NCBI GenBank assembly: GCA_001777915.1
Contig: MFFN01000004.1
Location: 425,744 to 489,743 of the forward strand
Source of the DNA: Candidatus Edwardsbacteria bacterium RifOxyA12_full_54_48
GTDB lineage: Bacteria > Edwardsbacteria > AC1 > EtOH8
DNA length: 64,000 nt
Direction: 5' to 3'
How positions within the stretch are numbered: position 1 is the stretch's first letter; every line of letters starts with the position of its first letter. Below are positions 37,718 to 48,237 of the stretch, one piece after another. Made by a program: the position numbers and the translations under genes. Below the pieces are notes generated by a model, which saw only the letters and a list, made by a program, of their open reading frames with translations, had not been told where the DNA came from and ran no database searches.

Positions 37718-39478
37718 ATGAATACTTTATTTAAATTTGTGTTTTGGGCTGGCGCGACATCTTGGCTTTTAGTTTCATCCGTCAACGCCCAGCCGCCGGC
37801 AACCGGCCGCCCGGCACCGGTATTAGAGAACACCCCGGCTCAGACAACGATAGCGGTGCTGGTGTTCTTTTACGACAAGGGATTTTCCACCAAGGACGAA
37901 TTAAGAAGCGCTTTGGATCGGCGCGGCCGGCAATTCTCCCAGCGGGCTCTCAAGCGCCGGGCTAAAGTGGGCCGGCAGGAGATGACCTTTGAAGACCTTC
38001 CGGTAAACGCCGATTACGTTCATCGGATCGCGGCCCTGGGCGCAAGGCACCGTCAGTCGCTAAACTGGTTCAACGCCGCCAGCTTCGAGATGACCGAATC
38101 CCAAGTTAGGCTCTGCCAAAACCTGAGTTTTGTAAAAACCATCGGCCTGCTTCCGGCCGGCAGTAAAAGGATCCTGCCGGAACTTGAAGATACCGACCGG
38201 AAGCCGCCGGAGACCCAAAATCCCAAGGCCCATCTGCTGAACTACGGCCCGTCATTCACCCAGGACAGCCTGATCAACGCCGTGATCTGCCACGACTCCG
38301 GATATTCCGGGGCCGGTGTGCTGGTGGCCATGCTCGACAACGGGTTCCGCAAGGGCCACCAGGCTTTTGATTCGATACGGGTTGGCGGCCGTTTGGTGGA
38401 CGAATGGGACTTCTGCACCAACCTGCCCTTGGTCGACAGCGCATCCCACGGCACCGGCACCTGGTCGGAGGCCGGCGGCTACGTTCCCGGAAAACTGATC
38501 GGCCCGGCATATAAAGCCTTGTGGGCCATCTATCACACCGAGGACAATTATCAGGAGATGCCGGTCGAGGAGGACCACTGGGCTGCCGCCCTGCAGAGGG
38601 CCGATTCCATCGGCGCAGAGGTGGTCTCCAGTTCGCTGGGTTACCGGGATTTCGATTCGTCCCAATATTCGTATTCATACCAAGACCTGGACGGCAACAC
38701 CGCCATCAGCACACTGGCCGCCAGGCATGCGGCGGCGCTGGGCATCATCGTCTGCAACGCCATGGCCAACTCCGGCCCGTCTCTGGGGAGCCTGGCCGCC
38801 CCAGCCGATGCCGATTCCATCCTCTCGGTGGGAGCTGTCAATTCATCGGGGATCATCGCTAGTTTTAGTTCTCGCGGCCCGACCTATGATGCCCGACCCA
38901 AACCAGAGGTCTGTGCGCAAGGAGTTAGTGACTATTGGGCAAACTGGAGTGATATTGATTCATTCAGTTATGCTTCCGGCACCTCCTGCGCCACGCCGCT
39001 GGTGGCCGGGGCCTGTGCCCTGATCCTTGAGGCCCACCCGGACTGGACGCCGATGCAGGTGCGGGAGGCCCTGATGATGACCGCCAGCCGGAGTACCAAC
39101 CCCGACAGCACCACTTACGGCTGGGGAATTATCGACACCTGGGCGGCCATGCATTATTCGCCCAGCGGGGCAGCCGAGGAAAAACCGGGGCCATCAGTCG
39201 GGCCGGGACTGGCGCTTTCCTGCCGGCCGAATCCGATGCGGTCGGGTGCTGTCATAAGTTTTGCCATGCCCGGATCGGGCAGCGCAATGCTGGCGGTCTA
39301 TGACATAACCGGCCGGCTGGTTTATCAAACAGCGACAATCTATGCTGCACCCGGAACAAATCATTTCTCCTGGAACGGTCATGACCGCTCTGGCCGCTTA
39401 TTGGGTAACGGGGTTTATTTCTGCCGGGTGAACGGCGGGGGCCGGGCAGGAACAATAAAGATCACCATCATCCGCTGA
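37718..39478 (+). CDS. S8 serine peptidase with C-terminal FlgD/T9SS-like domain
   Basis: Triad motifs MLDNGF, SHGTGT, SGTSCATPLVAG; C-terminal PNPM...VYDITGRLV...WNG...GVYFCR. Confidence 0.92.
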   Translation: MNTLFKFVFWAGATSWLLVSSVNAQPPATGRPAPVLENTPAQTTIAVLVFFYDKGFSTKDELRSALDRRGRQFSQRALKRRAKVGRQEMTFEDLPVNADYVHRIAALGARHRQSLNWFNAASFEMTESQVRLCQNLSFVKTIGLLPAGSKRILPELEDTDRKPPETQNPKAHLLNYGPSFTQDSLINAVICHDSGYSGAGVLVAMLDNGFRKGHQAFDSIRVGGRLVDEWDFCTNLPLVDSASHGTGTWSEAGGYVPGKLIGPAYKALWAIYHTEDNYQEMPVEEDHWAAALQRADSIGAEVVSSSLGYRDFDSSQYSYSYQDLDGNTAISTLAARHAAALGIIVCNAMANSGPSLGSLAAPADADSILSVGAVNSSGIIASFSSRGPTYDARPKPEVCAQGVSDYWANWSDIDSFSYASGTSCATPLVAGACALILEAHPDWTPMQVREALMMTASRSTNPDSTTYGWGIIDTWAAMHYSPSGAAEEKPGPSVGPGLALSCRPNPMRSGAVISFAMPGSGSAMLAVYDITGRLVYQTATIYAAPGTNHFSWNGHDRSGRLLGNGVYFCRVNGGGRAGTIKITIIR

Positions 39479-39498
39479 ACTTGCTAAGAGGATCAATT

Positions 39499-41952
39499 TT
39501 GCATATCAAAGATTTTAAAAAGGCCGCCCTGATCTACCGGGGCCGGGAGATATCCTACGCCGAGACCATCTCCCTGGTGAACCGCTTTGCTTCCTGCTAT
39601 CGGTTAAATGAGGGAGACCGGACGGCGGTCTTCGCCGAGAACCGGCCGGAATGGATCTACGCCTATTTGTCGGTGTGGCGTAACGGCGGGATCTCGGTGC
39701 CCATCGATTACCTGGCTCCGGCCGACGAGGTGTCCTATATCCTGAACGATTGCCGGCCTTCGGTGGTCTTTTGCTCGCATAAGACCAAAGAGGTGTTGAC
39801 CGAAGCGGTTAACTCCCTGAAAGGAGACTACCGCCCGGAGATCCTGATATTCGAGGAGCTTTCCCTGCCGGAGAATGCGCCGGACAAAATAGTCGCCGAA
39901 CCGGACAAGCATGAGACCGCCACCATCATCTACACCTCCGGCACCACCGGCAGCCCCAAGGGGGTGATGCTGACCCACGACAATATTATGGCCAATATCG
40001 AGGACGTGGTGGACCACACCAAAATATTCACCGCCGATGACCGGCTGCTGGCCATTCTGCCCTTCCACCACATCTTCCCGCTGATGGGGACCATCATGGC
40101 CACCCTGTATTGCGGGGCCACCCTGGTGATCCTGGAGAAGATATCCTCCGAGGAGATCCTGGGCGCCCTGAAGCAATACGGCATCACCATCATCATCGGG
40201 GTTCCCCGGCTGTACCGGCTGTTCCACAAGGGGATGATCGACAAGATCAATGCCAGCCCGGCCGCCAAAGTATTGCTGAAAATCTCCCGGGCCCTGAAGC
40301 AGCCGGCCCTGGGCCGCCTGATCTTCAAAAAAGCCCAGCAGGCCTTCGGGGGGCACATCAAATACTTCATCTCCGGCGGGGCCAAGCTGGACGAAAGGGT
40401 GGGCGGTGACCTTTACGCCATGGGTTTCGAGGTGCTGGAGGGCTTCGGCATGACCGAGGCCGCCCCGATGATAACCTTCACCAAGCCCGGTCAGGTGAGG
40501 ATCGGCTCGCCCGGCACCCCCACCAGCCAGACCGAGGTCAGGATCGAAGACGGTGAAATACTGGCCCGGGGCCGCAATATAATGAAGGGCTATTACAACA
40601 AGCCGGAGGACACCGCCGCCATCTTGAAGGACGGCTGGCTGCATACCGGCGACCAGGGCTACCTGGACAAAAAGAACCGGCTGTTCATCACCGGGCGCAA
40701 GAAGGAGATCATCGTCCTGTCCAGCGGGAAGAACATCAACCCCGAGGAGATCGAGAACCGCATCCTGTCGCTCTCCCCGCTGATCAAGGAGATAGGGGTC
40801 TATCCCCGGGAGGAGAAGCTGGGGGCGGTGATCCACCCCGACTTCCTGGCGGTCAAGAAACAGCAGGTGGTCAACTTGCGGGAGACCATCAAGTGGCTGG
40901 TGCTGGACAAGTTCAACCTGACGGTGCCCGGCTACAAGAAGATCCATCATTTCACCCTGGTCAACGACGAGCTGCCCAAGACCCGGCTGGGGAAATTAAA
41001 AAGATTCCTGCTGCCCCAGATGGACGCCAGAACCGCCGAGACCCATCGCCTGAGGCCCGACCCCGACACCCAGGAGTACCGGGCATTGAAGACCTACCTG
41101 GAGAAGGCCCTGGACCAGAAGGTCTATCCCGATCAGCACCTGGAGTACGACCTGGGGCTGGATTCTTTAGGCAAGATAGAGCTGGACCTGTTCCTGGAAA
41201 AGAACTACGGGATCAAACTGGAGGACCAGGAGTCGGTGGCCCACCACACGGTGGAGGCCCTGAGCCTCTTGATGGCCGAACAGAAAAAGACCGGCCCGGC
41301 TGAGACATCGGATTGGCACAGCACCCTGCAGGAGAAGGCTGAGTTTACCATGCCCCAAAGCCGGTTCATGCAGTGCACTATGAAATTGGCAACCGCGCCT
41401 CTATTTAAACTATACTTCCACCTGCAAGGACAAGGGCAACAGAACCTGCCGCCTGGGCCGTTCATACTGGCTCCAAACCACCAGAGCTTTCTTGACGGGA
41501 TATTCCTGTCCATTCTGCTGCCCAATCGGATTTTAAAGGACACCTTTTTCCTGGCCGCCGGAAAACATATTAAAACACCTATCAATCGTTTCTACGCCAA
41601 CCACAGCAACCTGCTGGTGATGGACATCAACCGAGATCTAAAGAGCACCCTGCAGCAGGCGGCGGCGGCCATCCGGCAGGGGAAAAATTTGGCCATCTTC
41701 CCCGAGGGAGCCCGCAGCCGGGACGGCCATCTTTCGGAGTTCAAAAAGACCTTCGCCATCCTGAGCCGGGAACTGCAGGTGCCGGTGGTGCCGGTGGCCA
41801 TCTCCGGGGCCTATGCCTCGGTCCCCATCGGACGCAAACTTCCCAAGCCCGGCAAGGTGTCGTTAAAATTCCTCCCGGCCATTTATCCCGGACAGATGGA
41901 CTACGACCAGATCACCAGCCAGACCAGACAGGCCATTGCGGAGAATATTTAA
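39499..41952 (+). CDS. Long-chain acyl ligase + ACP + PlsC-type acyltransferase fusion (Aas-like)
   Basis: YTSGTTGSPKG, EGFGMTE, HTGD; ACP DLGLDSL; NHQSFLD and FPEGARS; TTG start after RBS AGAGGA. Confidence 0.9.
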   Translation: MHIKDFKKAALIYRGREISYAETISLVNRFASCYRLNEGDRTAVFAENRPEWIYAYLSVWRNGGISVPIDYLAPADEVSYILNDCRPSVVFCSHKTKEVLTEAVNSLKGDYRPEILIFEELSLPENAPDKIVAEPDKHETATIIYTSGTTGSPKGVMLTHDNIMANIEDVVDHTKIFTADDRLLAILPFHHIFPLMGTIMATLYCGATLVILEKISSEEILGALKQYGITIIIGVPRLYRLFHKGMIDKINASPAAKVLLKISRALKQPALGRLIFKKAQQAFGGHIKYFISGGAKLDERVGGDLYAMGFEVLEGFGMTEAAPMITFTKPGQVRIGSPGTPTSQTEVRIEDGEILARGRNIMKGYYNKPEDTAAILKDGWLHTGDQGYLDKKNRLFITGRKKEIIVLSSGKNINPEEIENRILSLSPLIKEIGVYPREEKLGAVIHPDFLAVKKQQVVNLRETIKWLVLDKFNLTVPGYKKIHHFTLVNDELPKTRLGKLKRFLLPQMDARTAETHRLRPDPDTQEYRALKTYLEKALDQKVYPDQHLEYDLGLDSLGKIELDLFLEKNYGIKLEDQESVAHHTVEALSLLMAEQKKTGPAETSDWHSTLQEKAEFTMPQSRFMQCTMKLATAPLFKLYFHLQGQGQQNLPPGPFILAPNHQSFLDGIFLSILLPNRILKDTFFLAAGKHIKTPINRFYANHSNLLVMDINRDLKSTLQQAAAAIRQGKNLAIFPEGARSRDGHLSEFKKTFAILSRELQVPVVPVAISGAYASVPIGRKLPKPGKVSLKFLPAIYPGQMDYDQITSQTRQAIAENI

Positions 41953-41979
41953 CTTTAACTAATATTTACAATCAAACTT

Positions 41980-42564
41980 ATGTCGCTTTCTAACATAAAT
42001 ACCGCCATCTATCACAATATCGCTTTGATATTGTTCATACTATATGGTCTATATATATTATTTGATACACTAATGATAACATTATTTAAATACCATTTTT
42101 ATAGACTTGGCCTTAAATTACTGACCTTTTCTGAGGTTGTAAATTATAATTTTGCCGAGATTGAAAAAAACAATAAATATGAAACCCAAGATGGTAAATT
42201 TATGCTAATATCAAGCGATAAGTGTATTTTTCGAACAAAATATCTTTTTAAACCTTTAGAATGGAACCCTTTTAATAATGGTGTTCCCACAACCGGCTTT
42301 ATACACATAAAAGATGGCATTTTTACCACAGAAATTCGGTTAAGTCTTGGCATAACGATATTTATTGTCGTTTGGATAATAGGTTTCACCTCAGGGGTTA
42401 TTTGGGAGGTTATTTTATCATTCTTAAAGGGAGAAAATATATATGAATCTATTGTTTTTCTGGCTGTATTGATCATCGTGATTCTTTTATTTTTAGAATT
42501 TAAAAAAATTATGTTAAATAAATCATTAGCCATATATGAACAAATTAAAATTCATATTTCATAG
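41980..42564 (+). CDS. Hypothetical membrane protein, very AT-rich
   Basis: 194-aa ORF with three hydrophobic segments; composition differs from neighbours. Confidence 0.55.
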   Translation: MSLSNINTAIYHNIALILFILYGLYILFDTLMITLFKYHFYRLGLKLLTFSEVVNYNFAEIEKNNKYETQDGKFMLISSDKCIFRTKYLFKPLEWNPFNNGVPTTGFIHIKDGIFTTEIRLSLGITIFIVVWIIGFTSGVIWEVILSFLKGENIYESIVFLAVLIIVILLFLEFKKIMLNKSLAIYEQIKIHIS

Positions 42565-42601
42565 TATATCTTTTGTCCTTTTTAATTTTTAATATTAACC
42601 T

Positions 42602-45283
42602 ATGCCCCTCTACAATCAAACCATAGAACAATCCCTGGCCGAGCTGGGCTCCGATCACTACTCCGGCCTTTCGGAGCAGCAGGTCGCCGAACGCTTGGCC
42701 AAGTATGGTCCCAACAAGCTGGCCGAGGGCAAGCGGGCCGGACCGCTGAAGATATTTTTCGACCAGTTCAAGAATATCATGGTGCTGGTCCTGCTGATCG
42801 CGGCGGTGATCTCCGGGCTGACCCACGACCTGACCGATTCCTTCGTCATTCTGGCCATCGCCCTGATCAATGCCGTCATCGGCTTCCTCCAGGAATACCG
42901 GGCCGACCAGGCCATGGCCGCCCTGAAAAAACTTTCCCAGCCGCTGGCCAAGGTGGTAAGGGCCGGGAAGGTGCTGGAGATCCCCTCGGAAAACCTGGTG
43001 CCGGGGGACATCATATTGATCGAGGCCGGATCCCGGATCCCGGCCGACGCCCGGATACTGGAGGCCGCTTCGCTCAAGATAGAGGAATCCTCCCTTACCG
43101 GCGAGTCCCTGCCGGTGGAGAAATCTTCTCTCCCCATTGAAAGCGAAGTTCCCCTGGCCGACCGGAACAACATGGCCTTTTTGGGCACCATCTGCGTCTA
43201 CGGCCGGGGAAGGGCGGTGGTGGCCTCCACCGGGATGAACACCGAATTGGGCAGGATAGCCCAGTCCATCCAGACCCTCCGGCAGGGCCAGACCCCGCTG
43301 CAGAAAAGGCTGGCCGGGCTGGCCCGGATCCTGGCCCTGGCCACGGTGATCCTGTGCGCCGTGATATTTCTGGCCGGATGGCTGCACGGCATTCCGGTCT
43401 CGGTGATGCTGCTGACCGCCATCTCGCTGGCGGTGGCGGCCATCCCGGAGAGCCTGCCGGCGGTGATCACCATCGTCCTGTCATTCGGCGTTCAGAAGAT
43501 GGTCAAAAAGAACGCCCTGGTAAAAAAACTGCCGGCGGTGGAGACCCTGGGCTCGGTCTCGGTGATCTGCTCGGACAAGACCGGCACCCTGACCCAGAAC
43601 CAGATGACGGTCAAAAAGGTATTCTGCAACGGCGTGCTTTATGATGTCCGGGGAGGCGGCTACCAGCCCATGGGAGAGATCCTGTCCCAGGACGGGAAAA
43701 AAGCCGACGACCCCCTGTTCCAGAAATTACTGAACGCCTCCTGCCTGTGCAACGATGCCACCCTGTTCCAGGAGAAGGCCGACGGCTCCGATGCCTGGAA
43801 AATAGCCGGGGATCCCACCGAGGGGGCCCTGCTGACCTTAGCCGCCAAGGCCGGGCTGTGGCGCGATTCTTTGGAGAAGGACCTGCCCCGGGTGGGCGAA
43901 CTGCCATTCGATTCCGAACGCAAGATGATGACCACCATCCACCGGATGGGCGATGGAAAGTACATCTGCTATGTCAAGGGCGCTCTGGATAATCTGGAGC
44001 ATAAGTGTCCGGATTTTCCCGCCCAGGCTTTGGAGATCAACCGATCCCTGGCCGAAGGCGGGCACCGGGTGCTGGCCCTGGCCTATAAGATCATCGAAGC
44101 CCTGCCGGAGAAGCTGGAGATAGATCAGATCGAGAGGGGCCTGATCTTTCTGGGGCTGGCGGCCATGATCGACCCGCCCCGGGAGGAGGTCCGGGCCGCG
44201 GTGGAGCAGTGCCGCAGCGCCGGCATCCGGCCGGTGATGATCACCGGCGACCATCCGGCCACCGCCCTGGCCATCGCCCGGGAGCTGGGCATTTACTCGC
44301 CCGGCGATCTGCATCTGACCGGAATGGAGCTCAAGGCCCTGAGCGTGGAGGAGCTGGCGGAAAAGATAGAGAGAATATCCCTCTTCGCCCGGGTCTCGCC
44401 GGAGGACAAGATCAAGATAGTCCAGGCCCTGCAAAGCAAGGGGCGCATCGTGGCCATGACCGGCGACGGGGTCAACGACGCTCCGGCCTTAAGGGGGGCC
44501 GATATCGGCATCGCCATGGGCATCACCGGGAGCGACGTCTCCAAGGAAGCCTCGGACGTGGTGTTGCTGGACGACAACTTCGCCACCATCGTGGCGGCGG
44601 TGGCCGAGGGCCGGAAAATATATGACAACATCCGCAAGTTCGTGCGCTATATGCTGGGCACCAACCTGGGCGAGGTGCTGACCATGTTCGGCGGCATCAT
44701 GCTGAACCTGCCCCTGCCCCTGCTGCCGATCCAGATATTGTGGATCAACCTGGTGACCGATTCCCTGCCGGCCCTGGCCCTGAGCAACGAGCCGCCTGAG
44801 GCCGACATCATGAAGCGGGCACCCCGCCCCCCGGCCGAGAGTCTTTTCGCCCGGGGCTTGTGGGCCCAGGTGCTTTTCTCGGGGCTGCTGATGGCGGCCG
44901 GCTGCCTGCTGATGTTCCATTGGGCCATCGGCCGGCACATCGAGATGGGTCAGACCAGGGAAACCGCTGAAATTATGGCCCGGACCATGGTCTTCATGAC
45001 CATGTCGTTCTACCAGCTGTTCAACGCCCTGGCCATCCGCTCCGACAAAAGATCGTTCTTTGCCCTGGCCCCCTCCGGAAACTGGTACCTCTACGGCGCA
45101 GTGCTGATCACCGCCCTGCTGCAGTTGGGCGCGGTCTATCTGCCGGTCCTGCAGCCGGTCTTCAAGACCGCCCCGGTCGGCGGGCTGGACCTGCTGGCCT
45201 GCATAGTCGTTTCTTCGTCCATCCTGGTCGCGGTGGAGCTGGAGAAACTTATCCGCCAAAATATTTTTCGCAGAGCCTCTTGA
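42602..45283 (+). CDS. P-type (PIIA) calcium-translocating ATPase
   Basis: TGES, AIPESLP, DKTGTLT, KGA, TGDGVNDAPAL, WINLVTD. Confidence 0.95.
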   Translation: MPLYNQTIEQSLAELGSDHYSGLSEQQVAERLAKYGPNKLAEGKRAGPLKIFFDQFKNIMVLVLLIAAVISGLTHDLTDSFVILAIALINAVIGFLQEYRADQAMAALKKLSQPLAKVVRAGKVLEIPSENLVPGDIILIEAGSRIPADARILEAASLKIEESSLTGESLPVEKSSLPIESEVPLADRNNMAFLGTICVYGRGRAVVASTGMNTELGRIAQSIQTLRQGQTPLQKRLAGLARILALATVILCAVIFLAGWLHGIPVSVMLLTAISLAVAAIPESLPAVITIVLSFGVQKMVKKNALVKKLPAVETLGSVSVICSDKTGTLTQNQMTVKKVFCNGVLYDVRGGGYQPMGEILSQDGKKADDPLFQKLLNASCLCNDATLFQEKADGSDAWKIAGDPTEGALLTLAAKAGLWRDSLEKDLPRVGELPFDSERKMMTTIHRMGDGKYICYVKGALDNLEHKCPDFPAQALEINRSLAEGGHRVLALAYKIIEALPEKLEIDQIERGLIFLGLAAMIDPPREEVRAAVEQCRSAGIRPVMITGDHPATALAIARELGIYSPGDLHLTGMELKALSVEELAEKIERISLFARVSPEDKIKIVQALQSKGRIVAMTGDGVNDAPALRGADIGIAMGITGSDVSKEASDVVLLDDNFATIVAAVAEGRKIYDNIRKFVRYMLGTNLGEVLTMFGGIMLNLPLPLLPIQILWINLVTDSLPALALSNEPPEADIMKRAPRPPAESLFARGLWAQVLFSGLLMAAGCLLMFHWAIGRHIEMGQTRETAEIMARTMVFMTMSFYQLFNALAIRSDKRSFFALAPSGNWYLYGAVLITALLQLGAVYLPVLQPVFKTAPVGGLDLLACIVVSSSILVAVELEKLIRQNIFRRAS

Positions 45284-45308
45284 CAAAACCATAATTCGGG
45301 CATAGAAT
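45280..45308 (+). promoter_or_regulatory. Sigma70 promoter
   Basis: TTGACA-17-TAGAAT. Confidence 0.7.
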
Positions 45309-45331
45309 GAAAACCGTAAGGAGGACAGTCT

Positions 45332-45493
45332 ATGCCCGGCTGTATCTTTATGCACACCTGCCTGTTTCCGGAAAACAGACCGGACCATGACCCCCGCTGT
45401 TATATGGCCCCGGGGATTATAGTAGATAAAGCCGCCTTCCAACAGGCGGCTTTATGCGTTCATCCCAAAAGGCCGCGGAGAGTTCCGGTATGA
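45332..45493 (+). CDS. Unannotated 53-aa Cys/His-rich small ORF or leader peptide
   Basis: RBS AAGGAGG 7 nt before ATG; MPGCIFMHTCLFPENRPDHDPRCYMAPGIIVDKAAFQQAALCVHPKRPRRVPV; stop overlaps the GNAT start (ATGA). Confidence 0.55.
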   Translation: MPGCIFMHTCLFPENRPDHDPRCYMAPGIIVDKAAFQQAALCVHPKRPRRVPV

Positions 45494-46050
45494 TATCCCT
45501 ACCGAAAAAAGCCAAAGAAGACAAGGGCCGCCTCAGGCTGGCCGAGCCCTCCATGGAGCTCGAGGAGGCTTTCCTGGAACTGGCGGCCGATTACCGGGCG
45601 GCCGGGGAGCAGCGCTATACCGACCTGTACGAGGTCCATGGCATGGCCTTTGACCGTTACATCAAGGGCCTGCAGCGGGAATGCCTGGAGCGGGACCTGT
45701 CGGACGGACGGGTGCCCTGCAGCACCTTTTGGATGCTGTCGGACCAAGGGACCATCTGCGGAATCAGCCGGCTGCGGCATTACCTGACACCGGAGATGGA
45801 GATGGAGGGGGGCCACATCCTGCTGGAGGTGCCGCCATCGCTGCGCCGCCGGGGGCACGGATCGATCCTTTTGGAAATGACCCTGGAACGGGCGGTGGAG
45901 CTGAAGATCACCAAAGCCCTGCTTACCTGCGACTGGGACAACTTCGGGGCCATCCGGGTCATCAAGAACAACGGAGGGATGCTGGAGAACACCATACTGT
46001 CAACCGGTGCCGGAAAAAAAGTGATGCGTTTCTGGATCGATCTGACATAA
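45490..46050 (+). CDS. GNAT family N-acetyltransferase
   Basis: RLRHYL...GGHI...VPPSLRRRGHG...LLTCDWDNFGAIRVIKNNGG. Confidence 0.88.
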   Translation: MISLPKKAKEDKGRLRLAEPSMELEEAFLELAADYRAAGEQRYTDLYEVHGMAFDRYIKGLQRECLERDLSDGRVPCSTFWMLSDQGTICGISRLRHYLTPEMEMEGGHILLEVPPSLRRRGHGSILLEMTLERAVELKITKALLTCDWDNFGAIRVIKNNGGMLENTILSTGAGKKVMRFWIDLT

Positions 46051-46079
46051 CCCTCTCTTTAGATACGCCCCTTGTCTTC

Positions 46080-46108
46080 CCGACAGCCAAAAGGCTTTCG
46101 GTTTTTTT
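46080..46108 (+). terminator. Intrinsic terminator
   Basis: CCGACAGCC-AAAA-GGCTTTCGG followed by a T run. Confidence 0.6.
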
Positions 46109-46207
46109 ATTTTAAAAAACGTTTTTTATCATTGTATTCAACCTGAAAATGATATAAAATAAATATTTAACGGCCGGGTCTTTCACCTCTTTTTTTGGGA
46201 GGGACCG

Positions 46208-47044
46208 ATGCGGGTCTGCTTGGTCTATTTTTCACAGACCGGTAACACCCAAAAGATAGCCCAGGCCATCCAGGAACAGATGGCCGAAGCGGCCGGAGAT
46301 TGCGCCATGCTGCGCCTGGAGGAGGCCGACCCGGCCATCTTCTCCAATTACGATCTGGTCGGATGCGGGTTGCCGGCTTTCTATTTCAGGGAGCCCATTA
46401 ACGTAAATCATTTCTTTAATGATATGCCCGGTCAGGGCACCGCCGGCCGGCCAAAACCATTCTTCTTTTTTGTCACCCACGGCGGCACCCCCGGCGATGT
46501 GTATTCCCGGATCGACCGGCTGGCCGCCTCCCGGGGCCTGGAGACCTTGGGATTTTTCCAATGCCTGGGGGTCGACACCTATCCGCCGTTTGCCGACAGA
46601 AAGCCCTTGACCGCCCAGGGACATCCCGATCAAAAGGATCTATTTCAGGCCAGGACCTTTGCCAAAGATATCATTCATAGAGCCGGAGTTTATCTTGATC
46701 GGGGCGAATTGAAAAGGCCCAAGATCCCCGGGAATTGGATATCCCGGACCGTGGCCGGCCTATTCAGCGAACGTAAAATTCGCCTGCGGATGAGGCAGCA
46801 TCTGCTTCCGGCAAAAAAGATCCGTCAAAACAAATGCACCCTCTGCGGCCTGTGCTTAGAGAGCTGTCCCCAGGGCATCATCAGCCTGAATCCTTATCCG
46901 GTCATCGACCAATCAAACTGCATCGCCTGCTACCACTGCCAGCGGATCTGCCCGGCCGGCGCCATAGAATGCGACTGGCGGATCTTTAAGCTGATGACCG
47001 GCGAATATTTCCGGCCGGGCAAAAAAGGCACCTCCCTCGATTAG
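46208..47044 (+). CDS. EFR1-type flavodoxin/ferredoxin fusion
   Basis: YFSQTGNT; CTLCGLCLESCP and CIACYHCQRICP. Confidence 0.9.
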   Translation: MRVCLVYFSQTGNTQKIAQAIQEQMAEAAGDCAMLRLEEADPAIFSNYDLVGCGLPAFYFREPINVNHFFNDMPGQGTAGRPKPFFFFVTHGGTPGDVYSRIDRLAASRGLETLGFFQCLGVDTYPPFADRKPLTAQGHPDQKDLFQARTFAKDIIHRAGVYLDRGELKRPKIPGNWISRTVAGLFSERKIRLRMRQHLLPAKKIRQNKCTLCGLCLESCPQGIISLNPYPVIDQSNCIACYHCQRICPAGAIECDWRIFKLMTGEYFRPGKKGTSLD

Positions 47045-47068
47045 ATACATTACATTTAGGAGCAGATA

Positions 47069-48196
47069 ATGTCCCGCAAAAAAACATCCCTAGAAAAAAA
47101 CGTCCCGGACCAGGCCGGGGAGAATTCCACGTTAAAGCTGATCGAACGCTTGACCGCGGCTCCCGGGCCATCGGGCTACGAGACCCGGGCCGCCTTGGCC
47201 GCCGGTGAGGAGCTGGCCCCCTTCGCCACCAAGGTCAAGGTGGACAAGATGGGCAGCGTGGTGGCCTTCAAAAAGGGGCTGTCCCGGGACGGCAAAAAGA
47301 TCCTGCTGGCGGCCCATCTGGACGAGATCGGCCTGCTGATCACCGGCATCGAGCCGGGGGGATTCCTGCGCTTCACCCAGGTGGGCGGACTCGACGCCCG
47401 GGTGCTGCTGGGACAGGAGGTGCTGCTGCATCCGGTCGGCCGGTACGGCCCGGACACCCGGATCGCCCTGCCGGGCATCATCGGAGCCAAGCCGCCGCAT
47501 TTCCAGACCCCGGAGGAATCGAGCCAGGTGATCCCCCTGGAGGACCTGTATATCGACCTGGGGCTGGACGAGGCGGCAGCCAAAGCCAGGGTCTCCATCG
47601 GCGATCTGGCCACCCCGAGAATGCCCCTTACCAATCTCAAGAACGACCGGGCGGCCGGAAAGGCCATGGACAACCGGGCCTGCATCGCCATCATGGTCCA
47701 GGCCCTGGAGATACTCAGCAAATGCCATCATAGCTGGGATGTTTATGCGGTGGCCACCGTCCAGGAGGAGGTGTCCGGCCTGGGGGCGCTGACCTCGGCT
47801 TTCGAGATCCATCCCGACATCGGAATAGCCATAGACGTCACCCACGGCGACATGCCGGGGGTGCCCGACAGCGACACCTTCGCCATCGGCAAGGGGCCCA
47901 CCATCACCGTCGGGCCCAACATCCACCCGGCCATCGCCGACAAATTGAAGAAGGTGGCCAAGCGCGAGGAGATCCCCTTTCAGATAGAGCCCTGCGCCGG
48001 ACTAACCGGGACCGATGCGGTGGATATTCAGATATCCCAAGAGGGCATCCCCACCGGCCTGCTGGGCCTGCCCCTGCGCTACATGCACACCCCGGTGGAG
48101 ACCCTGGCGGCAGTGGACGTGGAGCGCTCGGCCAGATTGCTGGCCCGCTTCATCCAAGACCTGGACGATATAAACTTGGAATGGAAAGACGACTAA
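47069..48196 (+). CDS. M42 family aminopeptidase
   Basis: AHLDEIG, KAMDNR, QEEV, GTDA, RYMHTPVE. Confidence 0.93.
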   Translation: MSRKKTSLEKNVPDQAGENSTLKLIERLTAAPGPSGYETRAALAAGEELAPFATKVKVDKMGSVVAFKKGLSRDGKKILLAAHLDEIGLLITGIEPGGFLRFTQVGGLDARVLLGQEVLLHPVGRYGPDTRIALPGIIGAKPPHFQTPEESSQVIPLEDLYIDLGLDEAAAKARVSIGDLATPRMPLTNLKNDRAAGKAMDNRACIAIMVQALEILSKCHHSWDVYAVATVQEEVSGLGALTSAFEIHPDIGIAIDVTHGDMPGVPDSDTFAIGKGPTITVGPNIHPAIADKLKKVAKREEIPFQIEPCAGLTGTDAVDIQISQEGIPTGLLGLPLRYMHTPVETLAAVDVERSARLLARFIQDLDDINLEWKDD

Positions 48197-48237
48197 AAGA
48201 CCTGAACAAAAAATAAAACAGTTAGGCTTAAAACTAA

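Noticed and set aside
39604..40950. 448-aa antisense ORF and similar long antisense ORFs over parA, the ATPase, M42 and Wzc genes
   Set aside because: They overlap well-supported genes on the opposite strand and read as mirror-frame artefacts.
48221..48227. GTTAGGC, an integron core-site-like motif, 10 nt before the orphan ORF
   Set aside because: No matching inverse core (GCCTAAC) or attC hairpin after the gene and no integrase; a 7-mer alone is not significant.
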